A DNA stretch of 55,312 nucleotides, the filler included, from Sphacelaria rigidula (lineage: Eukaryota): assembly GCA_964200075.2 (NCBI GenBank). It is 5 parts of 5 records of this genome, joined end to end, with 100 filler letters (N's around TTAATTAATTAA, not from the genome) between each part and the next. Parts side by side here need not be neighbours in the genome. Positions count along the whole stretch, not along the records: positions 1 to 10,983 come from CAXNAA020005580.1; positions 11,084 to 22,066 come from CAXNAA020005581.1; 3 more parts are not named here. One strand, written 5' to 3'. The translations under genes and the position numbers were made by a program. Shown piece by piece: positions 1 to 14,139 of this stretch; position 1 is the stretch's first letter, and each line of letters opens with the position of its first letter. The notes beneath the pieces are model-generated. The model ran no database searches. It was not told where the DNA came from and saw nothing but the letters and a program-made list of their open reading frames with translations.

Positions 1-291
1 GAACGAAGTGGGTGATCGCGTACATCCTTGTGCAACTCCTTGTAAGATATCGAAACCTCGAGGAGCGGGGAGGGGGGGGCGGGCGGGGTCAAAATGTGAC
101 GAAGAGGTCTGAAAGTGGGCCCCTAGCCGTACCATTGCTCCTGGTGTAAAGAGTACCTCCGCAAGTCTCAGGAAAGAAAAGTTGATGTGGAGCCACGGGT
201 CTTCTGTAGCCGCAAGTCGCTGGTTGAATCAGTACGTATGCAAGCTTTCGCTTCGCTCCCCCTCGCCCCCCGTATCGGCGGCATGTTGCAG

Positions 292-358
292 GTATTGCGG
301 CCACGGTGTGGGAGCTGCTTTCCACATGATGCCCTTCGTGCAGCACTTCCCCAACAAT
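292..358 (+). CDS. Methionine aminopeptidase type 1 (MetAP1/MAP1D-like), penultimate exon; upstream exons lie outside this contig
   Basis: Acceptor TTGCAG ends at 291 and donor GTGAGT starts at 359. Encodes (R)YCGHGVGAAFHMMPFVQHFPNN, the GHG[IV]G..FH..P motif of MetAP1 with its metal-binding His. Splices in phase 0 to 1381. Confidence 0.9.
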
Positions 359-651
359 GTGAGTCCCACGCCAGTTCAGCACTCCGCAATACCCCCGGTT
401 GAACTGTTTGATACACGTGATCTAGTAGGTTTTGGTGCTGTACGGTAGTGCGAAGCCATGAAGGCACAGCTTGAGTGAAGGCCGAAACAGAAGAAACGCG
501 AGAACCAAGTTTACAGCATTTAGTGTTCCAACTTTGTATTGGCCGTTCCGGAATCAGCGCATGTCAATTTGCTGTTCAGAGTATTCTGCAGGAATGTTAC
601 TCATGTTTAGTGTGTTGCTTTCGTGCTGCATTCGCTGGCCAAGGGACTTTT

Positions 652-910
652 AAAGTCATGCCACAGTAGGGGGCCGCACCTTTGGACCCAAATGTTTCTG
701 TTTCAAGGGCTGCTGAAGTTAGGAGCTACATGAAAAGATAGTTCAGGACGCCCCCGTTTTGAAATTCGCTCGAGATATTCGTAGCCCATTTGAAAGCCAG
801 TGGTGGGTGCTCTCACACATTCCATTCGTCGCTTTTTTGGATGAGATTAAGGGCTCCCCACAATTCTCACCCGAAAAATATTTTGTGTCATCCCACCGTG
901 GCATGACTCT
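652..910. mobile_element. ~260-bp MITE-like element (family M) inside the MetAP intron
   Basis: Imperfect TIRs AAAGTCATGCCACAGTAGGG...CCCACCGTGGCATGACTCT. Internal AGGGCTCCCCACAATTCT is shared with copies at 2885-3197, 23394-23650 and 33249-33320. Confidence 0.7.
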
Positions 911-1380
911 GGAGGGGTCCACCACAGCATAAAACACGCCTCCGCTCTCCAGATGATCGTCGAGCCTGATGGAGTGCGGACGATATCGACAACCAGTTTT
1001 TCGGCGAATGACCTATTCAATCCTCATGAGTACCGTCCCTTGAAACAACGGGTATATATTTTCCTAGTCGATCCGATCTCCCGTCTCTTGTGACAGTTCC
1101 CGGGGGGTAGATCCGTTGCTCCGAAATCTGTAGCAGTCATAACGCATCTGATGCTGAGTTTTTCACTACAGAACGACCACGGCAATCTCCGGGTATTGAA
1201 TCTGACAAAGACCAGAGACCTCCCTGTGAAGTCTGCGACGTGTGCGTATTCGCCACTCGACCGTCGCGTATGGAGGATACGCACCCACTCGGTCTTCGTA
1301 GTAGCTTCATGCATTTCACGAATTCTGACAGCCTTGGCCCGGGCGCTCTACCCTCACGCTGCGCTTGGCTCTTGGAACAG

Positions 1381-1596
1381 AATCGACTGGAACTAAGACC
1401 GGGCATGACGTTTACGATAGAGCCCATATTTACAGAGGGAGACCAAGACACCGAAGTGTGGCCAGATGGGTGGACCGTGGTGACCAAAGACCGGGGGCGG
1501 GCCGCACAATTCGAGCACGTCGTCTTGATAACGGAGAGCGGCCACGAGGTCCTTACCGTGCAGGAGCTCCCTCCGGCATCATCAACGTCGGCATGA
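1381..1596 (+). CDS. Methionine aminopeptidase type 1, terminal exon
   Basis: Acceptor GAACAG ends at 1380, with branch-like CTGAC near 1325. Encodes [20 protein letters not shown]...[33 protein letters not shown], containing the FTIEP and AQFEH metal-ligand motifs. Stop TGA 1594-1596. Confidence 0.93.
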   Translation, partial: NRLELRPGMTFTIEPIFTEGDQDTEVWPDGWTVVTKDRGRAAQFEHVVLITESGHEVLTVQELPPASSTSA

Positions 1597-2884
1597 CAAG
1601 CGCGGCTTTTCCCAGGGGAGATGGGGGTGTTGAGATGCCTGCCTGAGGAACAACACTGTCGTCGATTGTCGTTGTGTGTACCGGAAATATTTTCGAGCGC
1701 CAATCACTGGGGGTACAGGAATCATAATGGGGTATGAGCGCTCACAGAAAGCCGAGACGTTGCGGATGAAGACTCTTGAGTTTGATCCCTCCACTTCGGG
1801 ATTATGTGGAGGGCACGTCTTCGACCTTCCTGGAGCTCCATCATCATTCAGGTCCCCTCCACAACGTTCACGACTTCATTTCCCACGGCTAATTGCTCTC
1901 GAGCAGTCCGGTATCCAACGAGAGATACCCTCTCGAGGACTAACGTATCCACGTGTCAATGCTGTGCACTGCATCCATGGGTAAACTCTCAACGGCTAGA
2001 GCACCGACACGGCACCCGCACTACTGCAGCTAGTCTTCCGTGGGGGTGTAATGTTCATGAGTGCAGTCGCTCCCAGTAATAGCAGTGCGGCAAAAGCGTT
2101 GGGGGAAGTCTGTCCTTTCCGCTACTTTTTCATCTCGTCGCCATGCATCTCGTTGAGTTTCGAGTGGCGTTTTTTTTCATACCAGTTTGAATCGAACTCT
2201 CCGGGGTGGAGTATGATCGCCGCACATGTACGATCATCATCGGTAACAAGATTTTCCACATCATATATGGATTTTGACCTTGGTCTCTTACCTGTGTCGC
2301 CAGATATGTCATCGGGAAATGTACCAGTCAAGGTGAGCTCAAGTGAGCGAGGTGTTATTCGCGGGTCATGTTGTTATTGTTGTTTTTCGCATTAGCTCCC
2401 TTCCAGAGATGTAGCGTTCGCGGTCACAGAGTCGTGGCTCAGGAAGATAGCGTGCAAGGAGAAATAAACAATACACCCTCGGACAGCGCAAAAACGTCGT
2501 TTCGACGGGCGGGGTTCTACACACACCTCAGCGAAAATGAGACAAAATATAGATACGGCTTGAGAGAATGAAATAGAATATAACAAGAAAATCGTCGGCT
2601 GCATGGTAAGCGTGTGCCATACATTTGACACTAGTGCTCGCTGCGGGTGAGAGGTGCCCCGACCTGTTTTTTTTCGAGTTGTTGGAATTGTTCAGCGCGG
2701 GTATAATTGGTACCTGTTGAAGCGCCCGACCTCGACAGCAGGTACGTTTCAGCTGATGATATATGTCGTATCTATCTCCCCCCATCAACACCCTCCGCTG
2801 TTCATTGTAGCTCCATCTACAAGACTAGTATTCGTGGGCGGGGAATTACGAGATATACCATATTGTACGAATGTTGTTTGGAAG

Positions 2885-3197
2885 GGAGCCATGCCAAGGT
2901 AGGGGTTTCATGTTTCAGCCGAAAGCTTCCTCATTCAGGGGCTCCTGATAGGGGTTTCATGTTTCAGCCGAGAGCTCCCTCATTCAGGGGCTCCTGAAGT
3001 TGGCAACTTGACAAGCATACGGGTCAGGGCATTTCCGAATTTAAATGCATTCGGGATTCGGGATATCCCCCGCCTAGCGGGAGGCGAGTCATCGCGTGCG
3101 ATCACATATTTGAAGCGTCGCTTTTTGGATGAAATAGAGGGCTCTCAACAGCTCGAACTTCACAAAATATTTGTCCATCCTACGGTAGCATTACTCT
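2885..3197. mobile_element. MITE family M copy with an internal ~50-bp tandem duplication
   Basis: Ends GGAGCCATGCCAAGGTAGGGG...CCTACGGTAGCATTACTCT. TAGGGGTTTCATGTTTCAGCCGA...TCAGGGGGCTCCTGA is duplicated at ~2900-2998. Confidence 0.65.
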
Positions 3198-6100
3198 AAG
3201 TTTCTTATGGTCGGAGAACGGGATTGCTCCTGCTTCCAAAATTGAGAATTGTTGATATTGGGATCGTGGCCGGACCACGAGTTGTGGCTCGTGGGCCGAC
3301 TGGAGATAATGATTCGTGGGCAGTCGTGATAAGGTGGTGCTCCACACCCACACCCAGTGTCTCTGTTTTGCCTAACTTCTCTCTACCCAATCTCCTCCGT
3401 GTGGATAGTTCCAATTTTCACATTGGTTGTTGTGTCAGGCGATTCCAGATTCGGCCGTAGATTTCTATGACGGGAAAACACTCTCGTTTTTTCGGAATAC
3501 TTCTTTCAAACCAGCAGAACCTTTTGGAAAACTGCTCCAAAGATTATCCCATTTTCTCCACTACAGGGTGGTACACTCACTACCAGACAACTCTGCAGAG
3601 GTGTATGAACTGCAGAGTACCACTCGAAACACCGGACAAGGCAGTTATGCTGTATTTTCTGGTCGCTCATGACGGACTGTATTCAAGTGCAAAAGCCTGT
3701 AACCCAGATCTGCACGTTGAGAGATGCGGCGGAATATTACACTCAACAGAAAACAACAGATATTTGCAGCATCACGAGAAATCACGCGCCGTTCCAATTA
3801 CGTTCTGCACGAGAAGTAGAGGAAGTAACAGCAGCAGCATCAGCATCATCTTTACTCCCAGTAGATGTACGCGCCTGGGGGTGGGTTTAAATCAGCCGGT
3901 GCCGATTTGTATGTGTGTCAGCGCTGTCCAGCACGGTGGCTATCACTCGTGAGGTGCCTGGATGTTGTCGCACGGTCTAAACGCGGACCTTCCACGATCA
4001 AGAGCAGCGGCAGCAGCATCGGCGCCGGTTGATTCAGACCTACTACCTCCAGCCACGTTCATTCACTCTCAACGAATTTGCTGCTGCTGCTAACTTGCTG
4101 CTTCTCTTGCAGACGCTCCACGGCACATGACAGCCCCCCGCATGAAAGCAAGATCTAAAGGACCTTTCCGCACTGGAGCCCTGACATGAAGTAGCCGCCA
4201 GCTTTGTCCTTCTTCTTTCAACTCTCCCTCTGTAGTTCGACACTTCAAAGGATACTTGGCATGCGCATTCACCGTAGCTACGTTGGTGTGTAGCGGCCAC
4301 AACAGCTGCTGTTCGTGCTCTTGTCTTTTTATCTTCGCAATGACGGTAAACGTGGGGTGGCAGCTCGGAGCGTGTGCTTCCAGACTGATACAGACAAGGG
4401 GAGGACACTCGCTACTTGAACAGGATTGTCCATTTACCTATGTGGAGCGAGCTTTCCAGAGGAACAAAATCACCTCAACACCGACCACTCCCAGACTTGA
4501 ATTAATCCGTAAGAAGTATATCCACCTACGGGGTCCCACATTTTTTAATCAGCTGCCCGTCACGGATGTTCTCAAACAATGTGAAGCCTTTACGCGTAGT
4601 ACCGGAGTGCACGCAGCACACAGCAGTAACACACACACAGTAAACAAAGTGAAGCCTTCACGTGCAGTACCATAGTGCAGGCAGTAGTCAACAGTCAGTA
4701 GTCATATCCTCTGCATCCGCATCCACTGCCATGGACGTGCATCTGAATGTGACCTTGAACCCTACAGTGGAGAAGGTATGGTACTGTACTATATTGGCAA
4801 AGCACAGCTACCTACTCTGCTCGCGAGTACAGCCTGTACTCGGAAACGGAGTAGTACAAGATAACACGTACAGGTTGCAGCTGTGTCGTGTTTGCGGAGC
4901 ATAACCTATACTTGTAATGTAGTACTGTTCGCAAAATCCACGGCCTGTATTGTGGATACTCTTGCCTGCTGCAACACCCTGGCACTTCATTGTACTACCG
5001 TTTGACCGTAAAGTCTATATCGTACAGTATGTTTTGTGCCCATCATCTCGAGAAAAAAAATCTCTTCCACGGCCCCACCAGATGATGAGAGATCAAAGTG
5101 GGTGTTTTTCCGTCGTGCTCAACACTGGCTCGTGCTGGCTGGACTTCGATACTCCGTCGGTCCTCTTCGTGTTTGTCTTTGCTGTATGCCGGTCGCCCCG
5201 GTGGCTCAGTTTGTAACCTCGAAATCTTCCGACCTTCTATGCGTGTAGCTGTGTTCATGTGAACTATGTACGTGCTGTTCACCTGCCCGCTGAGCGGGTT
5301 TGTAGAGGTGGCGCTCTCAAATTCAAAAACTTGGCTCTGGTTTTGCTCGTAACCCGAACTCACTTTGTTTGAAAACATCCGTAATGGGCAGTTGATTAAA
5401 AAAATGTGGGCTCCCGAATCAGAAAAAAACAACGCGGGATCGATCATGATGAAAGGTCACAGTGGAAATAAGGATCTAGCTATATAAGTGGATATACTTT
5501 TTGCGTGAATAAATGAAGTAGAAATGTAGTTAATTTCCGGCGGGCGTATATCTGCCTGTACCATAGAACCAGTTCCAGACTACGTTTAGCAGACCCGCCA
5601 GTCTAAGAACGAACACATTTTTTAATTCACCCACCACCCCCAAATATGAAGCGTCATAATGCGAACAGACCACGACATGTACACGCGCAGTACTACATGC
5701 ACATGCCGTCGACGCAGTCGTTGGCGTTCCCCGCGACGCGTCCGAGACTCTTCAGGCGTAGAGTACTCCTTGATCTCGGTTGTGTAACTCCTCTGGGTGG
5801 GCACCCACTACGTCACGCAGTTCCGTTTGCTATGGAAATGGCCCAAGTACGATTGCACCACTGGGGGTGGCACTAGCGCGTTTGCCTCGTTCGATGCCCA
5901 CTGGCATTCCGGGAGGCACGTGTTGTACGTGTACGTCAAGACGGATCTACAAGTAGTGGCCAGGCGACGACTCCGGTCTCAGCTCCGCCTTCCTGCGCAC
6001 CCTTGCGCACGTGCAAGGACGTCACTTGGACTAGAACGATAATGTCTGGAATTTGCGTGGTGCGATGCGCGAAAGAATGTTCATCGTCAATCTATGGCCC

Positions 6101-6819
6101 TTACTTTCTTTCAGTCCCTTCTGCTTGTATGCCGTTCTTGCTTCTCTTCATTGAGGGCGTCTGTCTCTTCTGTCCCTTTTCCATTCCATTTCAATGTGAG
6201 AAATAATAGGAAAATTGGAAGTGTGATGCGAAGCAGAGCGATCTATAATAGTGATGACTGGAATACACAATCTTTTATGGACATGCTGCAAGGGGGTGGT
6301 ATGTTGTTTAGGCACACAGCACGCGGCTGTTGTTGCTACACCGTCATCTGATCACAATCATTTGAATGCGTTAACGTGAAGTTCGGACTCGACTCGTCGT
6401 TCTGAGAAGGCGGGCCAAGACATTACTCCGGAGCATAATTGCAGTATACTCCAGGCACTACCCGAGACGCAGGGAAGGACCTTTGGGGGAAGGCTGATGC
6501 GTATCGAGGCTTGTCAGGAATAAACTGACGGACTAAAAGAGAGGCCCGCCTGTGGAGACCAGCCCTCATATCCTGAGGATACTGAGACTGATGGGCGGGC
6601 TGGGTCTGCTTCCGGTCATTGAGTTGGGGTCATCATCGACAGCATGCTGCCAGCTGTCGGTGAGGATGAGATTCCAAGGGGTGGTAGTCTCGCCATCAGA
6701 TCACGGGAAATGAGCAACATCAAAACCGCTGTGAAGAAGGTTTCCGTGGGATTGAGAGTTGGATGCGGACTGAGAGTGGGTTGATCATCCGCTCCACCTT
6801 GGCCAACTTTCCATTCCGT

Positions 6820-6985
6820 GTGTGCTTTTCGTCGTCCCGTCACTGCCATGTGCTTACAGCTACACGTTGATATGCTACTCATTGGGCCTGGTGGAGGTGC
6901 ATTTCGGAACTGAAACGGCTAATTCACTAATTGACCGCCTTTCACTCTCAATCGTACCTTCAATTCTCAATTTCACGAAAATATT
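6820..6985 (+). repeat. Dispersed unclassified repeat (family R1); other copies at ~7780-7990, ~35635-35845, ~36160-36330
   Basis: Shared blocks TGTGCTTACAGCTACACG, GCATTTCGGAACTGAAACG and TTTCACTCTCAATCGTA...CTCAA...CACGAAAAT. Confidence 0.75.
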
Positions 6986-8179
6986 GTTTGTTCCCGAGCT
7001 TTATTGATTTTCCGTTGTGGAAGATACGTTCACAGGGTTTCGCTTTATCGAAGGATCGCATGCAGGCGTTCACCACAGTAACAGACATGCCAACCGGCGA
7101 TCCCTCCGTCACTTCCCGCCTTTGGCTGGATCAAGGTTTCCGTACAGCAAGCATATAACGAGCCCGTATCGCCTGGACGTGTTGAACTGAGGGTAACACG
7201 CACTGTGAATTACTGAGCCGGGTGCTTGACATCAACCTCCCCAGTGCGGGTTGATATATGTTATGCAACTGATTCTTGGAAAGAAGTCTATCCAAGGAGT
7301 CGAAATGGAAACATCTTCCTGACGAATTACAGATGGAGGAGAAGGAGGATACAATGAAGTTTTTCTTGCGCGTCGATAAAAAAGGGCGTGTGCCACAACC
7401 ATTGGGGGTACGCGTCCCTGTAGAGGATATGAATTTCGAGATTCTTGACGTGTTCACAACCGACCGCGAGTTCGAACAGGGTGCGATCTTGTACATGGAC
7501 GACATCACCCGTGCCGAGATGGAGGCGATAATGATACAGAGATGGATGCCAATGTTCAAGAATGGAACAAAAGGTTGTAGCGTAGGGCAAGCTTTCGTTA
7601 CGAGCAAGCCCGCCCACCAACCTCGCGATCAAGATGGCGCTAAATGTGGTCGGAGTCTTTCCAGTGGCATTGTAGCCCCCCAAATCCACCAAAAACAACG
7701 CTTTCGTGAGTTTGAGGGTAGAGCACTGATTGAGGGTGGCTTGGACCATTCCCTTTAACTCAGCCAAATTACCTACCCATGTGTGCTTTTCTTTGCCTCC
7801 ATCACTAGCGTGTGCTTACAGCTACACGTCGATACCCTACTCCGGGATATCTAGGGCCTCAGTGGTAAACTACTACAGAAAGCATGTCGGGCCTCGCGGA
7901 GGGGCAACTCGGAACTGAAACGACTTATTCCCTAATTGACCGCTTTTCACTTTTGATCGTATGATTTACTCTCAATCCCACGAAAATGTTTTTCAAAGCA
8001 GTACAATAGTACGAATATTGTTGACAAGAAGTACGACGACGTGCGGGACAAGTGTCATCGTTACTTAGAGCCAGGACATCAATGGTTCGACTGCACTGCA
8101 CACGTTATCCCCGCCGCGAAGAAATCACAGAGCAGCTCTGGTGAGATCATAGCGTGTTTATCTATTGGTATGCGTGGTG

Positions 8180-10920
8180 AAAAGGATACAGTGGTGCCCC
8201 CGTTTACATGACTAGATCACTTACTCCATGACTTTCAACCATCCGACGAAAATATCAAGATAGGTAGTGACACTTTGATCAATCTTGAGTTTATGTTCAC
8301 GGGTCGTTGCCTTTTTACCCCCCAACAAGGCAGGAGAGATGGCCGTAAGGCTTGATATGGTGGCATACGTACCCGACTTGACTTTGATTTTCCCCCCCTC
8401 AATGGTCCCGCAAACACGGAGTAGGTTTCACGACGATGACTCGGATATGAGTTCGACCCTGCTGGATGGACGTCTTAGGTTTCGGAGAAATGAACCTGGG
8501 TACTCGACGAGTTTTAGACGGATTGATCCTGATGACTACACTACATCCCAGTTCCTTTGTTGGTTCCCGAGCCCGTCGGGAATCTAGTGTAACCTGCCTA
8601 CCTTGTTCCCGTAGCGTTCCCTGTGATAGCCACCGGTAGTGCTAACTCGCGTAAGACTGCTATAGACATCAACGCTTTGCGCTGCATGCACGGCCATGCT
8701 AATAAATTTCTGTTGAGAGAGATCGCTAGCTCACGGGGTAAAAAGTTGCTGGGTGAGTTGAAACCGTAAGCTTGATGTTGTGCCATGGCCAAGGGGTATC
8801 GGAAGCCGATTGCCAACAGCATGAAACCATGTACCTCAGAAAAGCTAGGAAAAACGTTTTGTTGATCTTCGTGGTTCGAGGAGAACTCCTTCATTGCTAG
8901 GGAAGAAATACGTCATGATAGTGAAGTACAACTTCACCCGGTGCGCGTGGGTATACTTTCTCGAGCGTACGTTTGATACGGCTGGCGCCTTCCGCAAGGT
9001 TTTGGAATGCACGTGCGGATAGTGTACCATCTGAGGTAGTAATGGCCAGGTCTGACAATGGAGGAGAGTTTCTTGGTGAGGATTTCTGGGACGTGTGTAG
9101 GCACTACGGTATAGCGCAGAAATTCACCCGCGCGAAGTGTCCGGAACTGAACGACGTCGCGGAGAGAGCTCTAGACATCATTCAAAACGCCACACTTGTC
9201 GCTCGCACCCCAAGTCCCCATCCTCTTTTCACATGCCGAACTGTCATCGTTTAAGATCCTCTGGGCCGAGAGACTACACTTGGCGTGTAACGCCCTGAAC
9301 CACACCGCGGCCGTGTCCAACCCAGGTGTCAAGTGGCCAGACGAACTGTCGCATGGTAAGGCACAACCTGCATCATCGCTCCCATTTTTCTGCTCGGGGT
9401 TATTGCTGCTGGAACCGCCCGTCAAAGTTGTCTCCACGTGCGAGAGTAGCTCCTACCCCGATCCCGGCATCGACCATCCCCATGATTCATTCCGGATCCT
9501 GACGCGGGCGAACAAAGTGGTGGAGACAAGGGACGTCACATGAGAGGCGCCGCCGGTTATGGGTTTCGGCTGTTTAACTGCAGCACCCGACATCGTCGGG
9601 GCTGGTAGGGTTGTCGGAGCTGGGAGGGACGTCACAGTCGCGAGGGGCGTGAAAACAGGGAGGGACTCCAGAGCTGGACGGGCTTGATATCGCTTCTATC
9701 CCACGGACTCCATTGCTGCTGCTGGAAAGGGGAATTCCTCATCAGTGCCCAGTGAAATCGTCAGAGAGTGCAGGCTACGGTAGTGAAGGTGCGTGGGGTT
9801 CTGTAGGCGGTGAAAATCAGCCGGCTCTCGACATTGCAACTGCTCCACCAGGTGCTTATTTGCTATCGGTAAGTAGCGAGTCGTCCGTCGACAGTGATCT
9901 CTCTGCCGAGGGAGGAGATCCGTGCTCATCGTACGAAAGTGCTCCGGTTTCGATGATAGTTCGGCCTTCGACGTTCGAAGCTGAGTCGCATCGGTGGGAT
10001 CTAAAAATGGCGAGGAGTTTGGGCGAACCAGAGCGCAGGCGCGAGCGGTCAATCAAGAAGCAACTAGCCTCGTGACTATACTTGGGCCCGATGAAGGGGG
10101 CGAAATAATCCACGGGCTGCTGGCATTACGGGAGATCACCCAAGAAGGGCGAGCTACGTAAATGTCTCGTCCGGATAGCGGGGCCGGAGCCAGTGTCGAA
10201 CCTTGCGGCATGTCGTAGTACCCAGGCGTATGGATGGAGGTAACGAAGATATCGTTCGATGGGCTCATGGCTGTCGGATCTTTCACGGAGGTGACTGAAA
10301 TTCTTGAGTGGTGCAACATCGTAGACGCTGAGTGGTTACATAAATGGAAGAGTGATTCGCGTCGCTCGGTATGGTTGACCGGGCAAACCCCGTACGGTAG
10401 CTATGGGGTATCAGATAGAAAGAGGAGACTACTTTGAGACGTTTGACCCTGCTGCCTCTGCTACTTCAAACAGGTTGGTAGTGGTTACGGAAGATAGACT
10501 GGGATTTAAGGGACTTGGATGTAGACGAGGCTTTATTCAGCCGGAGCTGGACACCGATATCTACTTGCATGTACCCTCCGGTCGTGGATCGGTGTCTGGT
10601 AAGATGGTACGACTCAACAAGGTTTTGTGCATAGTGAAGCGGAGTGGTCGTGCGAGGTATCAACTGCTGTCATCAAGCCTGGTCGAGTGTGGTTTCGAGC
10701 AATGCTTGCTAGATCCCTGTGTCTTTCGACTGAGGCTTGCCCGTGACGCTGTGGCGATGGTGGAATTTCATGTGGACGGCATTATAATTGCAGTTACTGA
10801 GGAAGTGTATGAAGTGATGAGTCCGTGCCCTCAATCAGAGATTTCCCACCAAACATCTCGGATAGGTCGAGTGGTACATGGGGAGTGAGCACGAAAGGGA
10901 CCGGAAGAAAGGTACTCGGA
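8180..10920 (+). mobile_element. Heavily decayed Ty1/copia LTR retrotransposon internal region (PR-INT-RT remnants)
   Basis: Protease-region remnants (SGAPVYMT, VAYVPDL). Integrase Zn finger (HGHAN...CCAMAK) and core (RSDNGGEF, CPELNDVAERA, VVETRDVT). RT remnants (GDYFETF, RLNKVL, GFEQCLLDPCVF, FHVDGII). Copia domain order, many stops and frameshifts, cut by the contig end. Confidence 0.85.
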
Positions 10921-10983
10921 AAATGTGGGGTCTCATAATTCTTTGGTTTGACGAGGAGGGGACTGTTCCGCGTGTCATTTTCC

Positions 10984-11083
10984 NNNNNNNNNNNNNNNNN
11001 NNNNNNNNNNNNNNNNNNNNNNNNNNNTTAATTAATTAANNNNNNNNNNNNNNNNNNNNNNNNNNNNNNNNNNNNNNNNNNNN
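10984..11083. other. Artificial 100-nt spacer (N44-TTAATTAATTAA-N44)
   Basis: N run with a six-frame-stop linker; identical spacers occur at three more sites. Confidence 0.97.
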
Positions 11084-11158
11084 GGGGGGGGGGGGGGGGG
11101 GTGTGCGTTTTTGGTCTTGTTTCAGTCTTATCGTCACGCGCAGCGGCAGGAGAAGGGG

Positions 11159-11190
<32 letters not shown>

Positions 11191-14139
11191 AGGGTCAGTA
11201 TAATGCTCTTTGTCATACACAGCTACAGAGTAGTCATCGGTAATATTTTCCCGCATGTTCACGTTGCTCTAGGGATTTTGTTCCTGTTCCTCCATACTAC
11301 TTTGCCAAGAACATCCGATAGATCATGAGATGCTTGGGTTGTAATCTTTCGACCTAATCTTGAAATGTCTCCTCGACGATACACCGAACACAGATGTGCT
11401 CCACCATAGGATTCTCACAGCTATATTGTGCCTTTTTTCACCCGTGCTCCCCCCTTTCGCCCCCACACGAGACCTTGTGTTTTGGAGAACGACCCCGATT
11501 CGTTTCACTGTTCTCGTGCCTAATCCATGTCTTGTAACGGCAGGAAGGGAGGCGTGTGAGGGGTTGGTTACATATGTACAAGGCGTCACGAATAAGGACA
11601 CATAAGCCAAAGCAGCGCCCAAACCAAGAGGAAGTGATGTGGCGATGAGATATCAACGTGCCTCGTCATGTGCTTCGTTATACAACACAAACGCCGGCGG
11701 GGAGTACACCTATAGCAAAATTTTACACGGTTCGGTGATTATGCAGCTAACTCAATACAGAACAAGTAGCTCCCGAAAAAAAGCTGTCCTCGGGAGGCGA
11801 GCCGTTCGCGCAGTTTCCAAATATTTGCTGGTCCATGAGAATTGTACGCGGCGTGTCACACATATACACTCATTTTTCCCCTGTGATCATCAGCGAAACA
11901 TAAAAGCAGTGCGTGACAATAATCATAAGCTCCGAAAAAGGTAATAGGCCGTTTCGGAGCTCCAGTCCCAGAAGGTTTTATGGTAAAAAAATTTCTTGGG
12001 TGCCCAACGTTCAGCACAGCTATATGTAGAGCGAGATTTCGAACTCAGGTGGTAAGTGGTACTGCATGCGTGTATTCACGGATGGGGGAAAGAGCAGACG
12101 CTGACTTGGCGTGTGGAATCGCAAGAACAGAACTGTCATCGGTACATTGCACGCTATGTCCATCCATCCGCTTGTTCTGACATCACGTATATTGTTGATG
12201 CAGACTTTTATCCAGGTTATTCGCCTTCTGCAGTGTATGCAGACACAACTATCCACACGATTTTTTCGAGAACAAGTTAGCATGTGACAAGAGACAATAT
12301 CGAGTACTACAGCTCACAGTTGAAACATATCCATTTGGTGTCTAGTATACAGTAAATACATCGACGCTCCGCGCCAAGAGGGCAACCTGCGAGTTAAAAT
12401 TGGACATCTCGACTGTTAGTGTAGAGCCCTGTTTCGAAGCTAGTTTTCTCCTCATATACTACTTTCCTCTCGAAATGTGTGATGTACATGACCTACCAGA
12501 TCGCACAAACGAGGAAAATGTGGCAGAAAGCTCTGCGGCGTGGTTGGGAAAATGACTCGGGGTGCAGCTGGAGTGAGCGGCCGTATGGGCAACAGTGCAG
12601 TTCAATAGCGTGTCTGCTTACGTGTATCCCTAGCACACCAACTACAGGCAGCATTCCGGCACCACACCGAGCGATAAAGAGTTAACAACGCCATTTTATC
12701 TTGAATCCGTGAGGGATGTGGAGATCACTTTCGTGGAATGGGAGAGAAGCATCGCGCGATGACGACTCTGTAACAATGATTTAGACCCGTCAAATTTCAA
12801 GCTTGGTACTTGCCACGTGATAACTCTTGATGGAAAAGCGAGCTATCGCGCATAGAACTTTTGCCGTGCGCTCGGTATCACCACGGCGTCTCTCTCTGCA
12901 GAAAACTAACGACCCACTGGCTGCCAGTTATTTGTATTCCTCCATCAGCAAGAAAAACGGGTGAAAATGTTGGCCGCTGTTTTCCTGCGAACAGATGATT
13001 CCCCCCCTCGATATTGTCACACGGCGACTTCGTGACCCTTGTCCGCGGCTTTACCTAGATGCCCACACACTCGGCTGAGGGCTACCGAAAACCGGCAATT
13101 TGCAGAGGTGAGCTACTCCTGTAACGAGCGTTTTCTCAAGGCTGAAAGACGACGTTGCTGGAGTTTTTACGATCATTTTTTCGGGTCCGAGGAGTATCAA
13201 GACGAGCGACCCGACAGAAGAGAGCGCGCAAATTCGCACCGCATTCGCTCCCTCCTCAGAATTACTTTTGGTAACACTTTGACCGCTTTGGTGTGTCCAT
13301 CCGCTGAGTCGGCATCACTTTCACTCATAAATTGAATGGCAGACACATCTGTCCATCTGCCGGCGCCCAAAGGGTTTGGTCAAATTCCCGCGCAACAAAA
13401 AACGGTAAATCCAAACGGTTGCTCATTTCAGGTATTTTGCTGAAGCTATGTATCGCTGCTGAACTCCTCTTACATCCAGAGATGTACTTCTATATCTTCA
13501 GCACCAGGCCACAGCTGCTTTCACGTATTGTGAGCTATTTTTGCCCTTTGTGGCGAAGAAAGCGACTGAGTGTGATACATGGTTGGAATTTAATTCAACG
13601 ATCCTGTTGACTCCATGTTGGTTGCCCCTCACATGGAAGAACACCCATCCGATACGGCAGTAGTTGGAGTAGTAAGTACCTTGCACAGGCAAATACCATA
13701 CATCATTCACAGAAGCTGGTATTGCATGGAAGGGAAAACAACCTCAACCTCCGTACTGTTCACGCCCTCTTCATACGATATGACTTCCACCCCTTCATAC
13801 AACTGTACTAGTGCAGTAGAGGATGGCAGATACAACTTACACATCTTACGGAAAGAATATCGTTCGTCTCCACTCTCATTTTGATGAATGCCACCCACGC
13901 CAATTTTTTGTGGCTGATGATCTTTGATCAAAATCTGACGGAAGGTGGAGCGCAGTGTTGAGCATATTTTGCTCCTTGAGAAGATCGTGGCTGATAACTC
14001 CAACAGATATGAGGGGTGTTATCCACCGCTAGCAGATGACACAACGAACGGGCTTTGCCCAAAATGTTGCCCAGAAATTTACACACAGCGGATGCGTCAG
14101 AATTTGCACGCGTATCATCATTACTACCAACCTTCGAAC

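Noticed and set aside
2020-2331. Minus-strand coding-like stretch (IYDVENLVTDDDRTCAAIILHPGEF...)
   Set aside because: Interrupted by a stop, no recognisable family or splice context; possibly decayed mobile DNA.
6251-6355. C/D-box snoRNA (GTGATGA...CTGA)
   Set aside because: No guide complementarity to rRNA that I can recognise; such boxes occur by chance.
11028-11039. TTAATTAATTAA as a biological palindrome
   Set aside because: Artificial linker embedded in N runs at all four joins.
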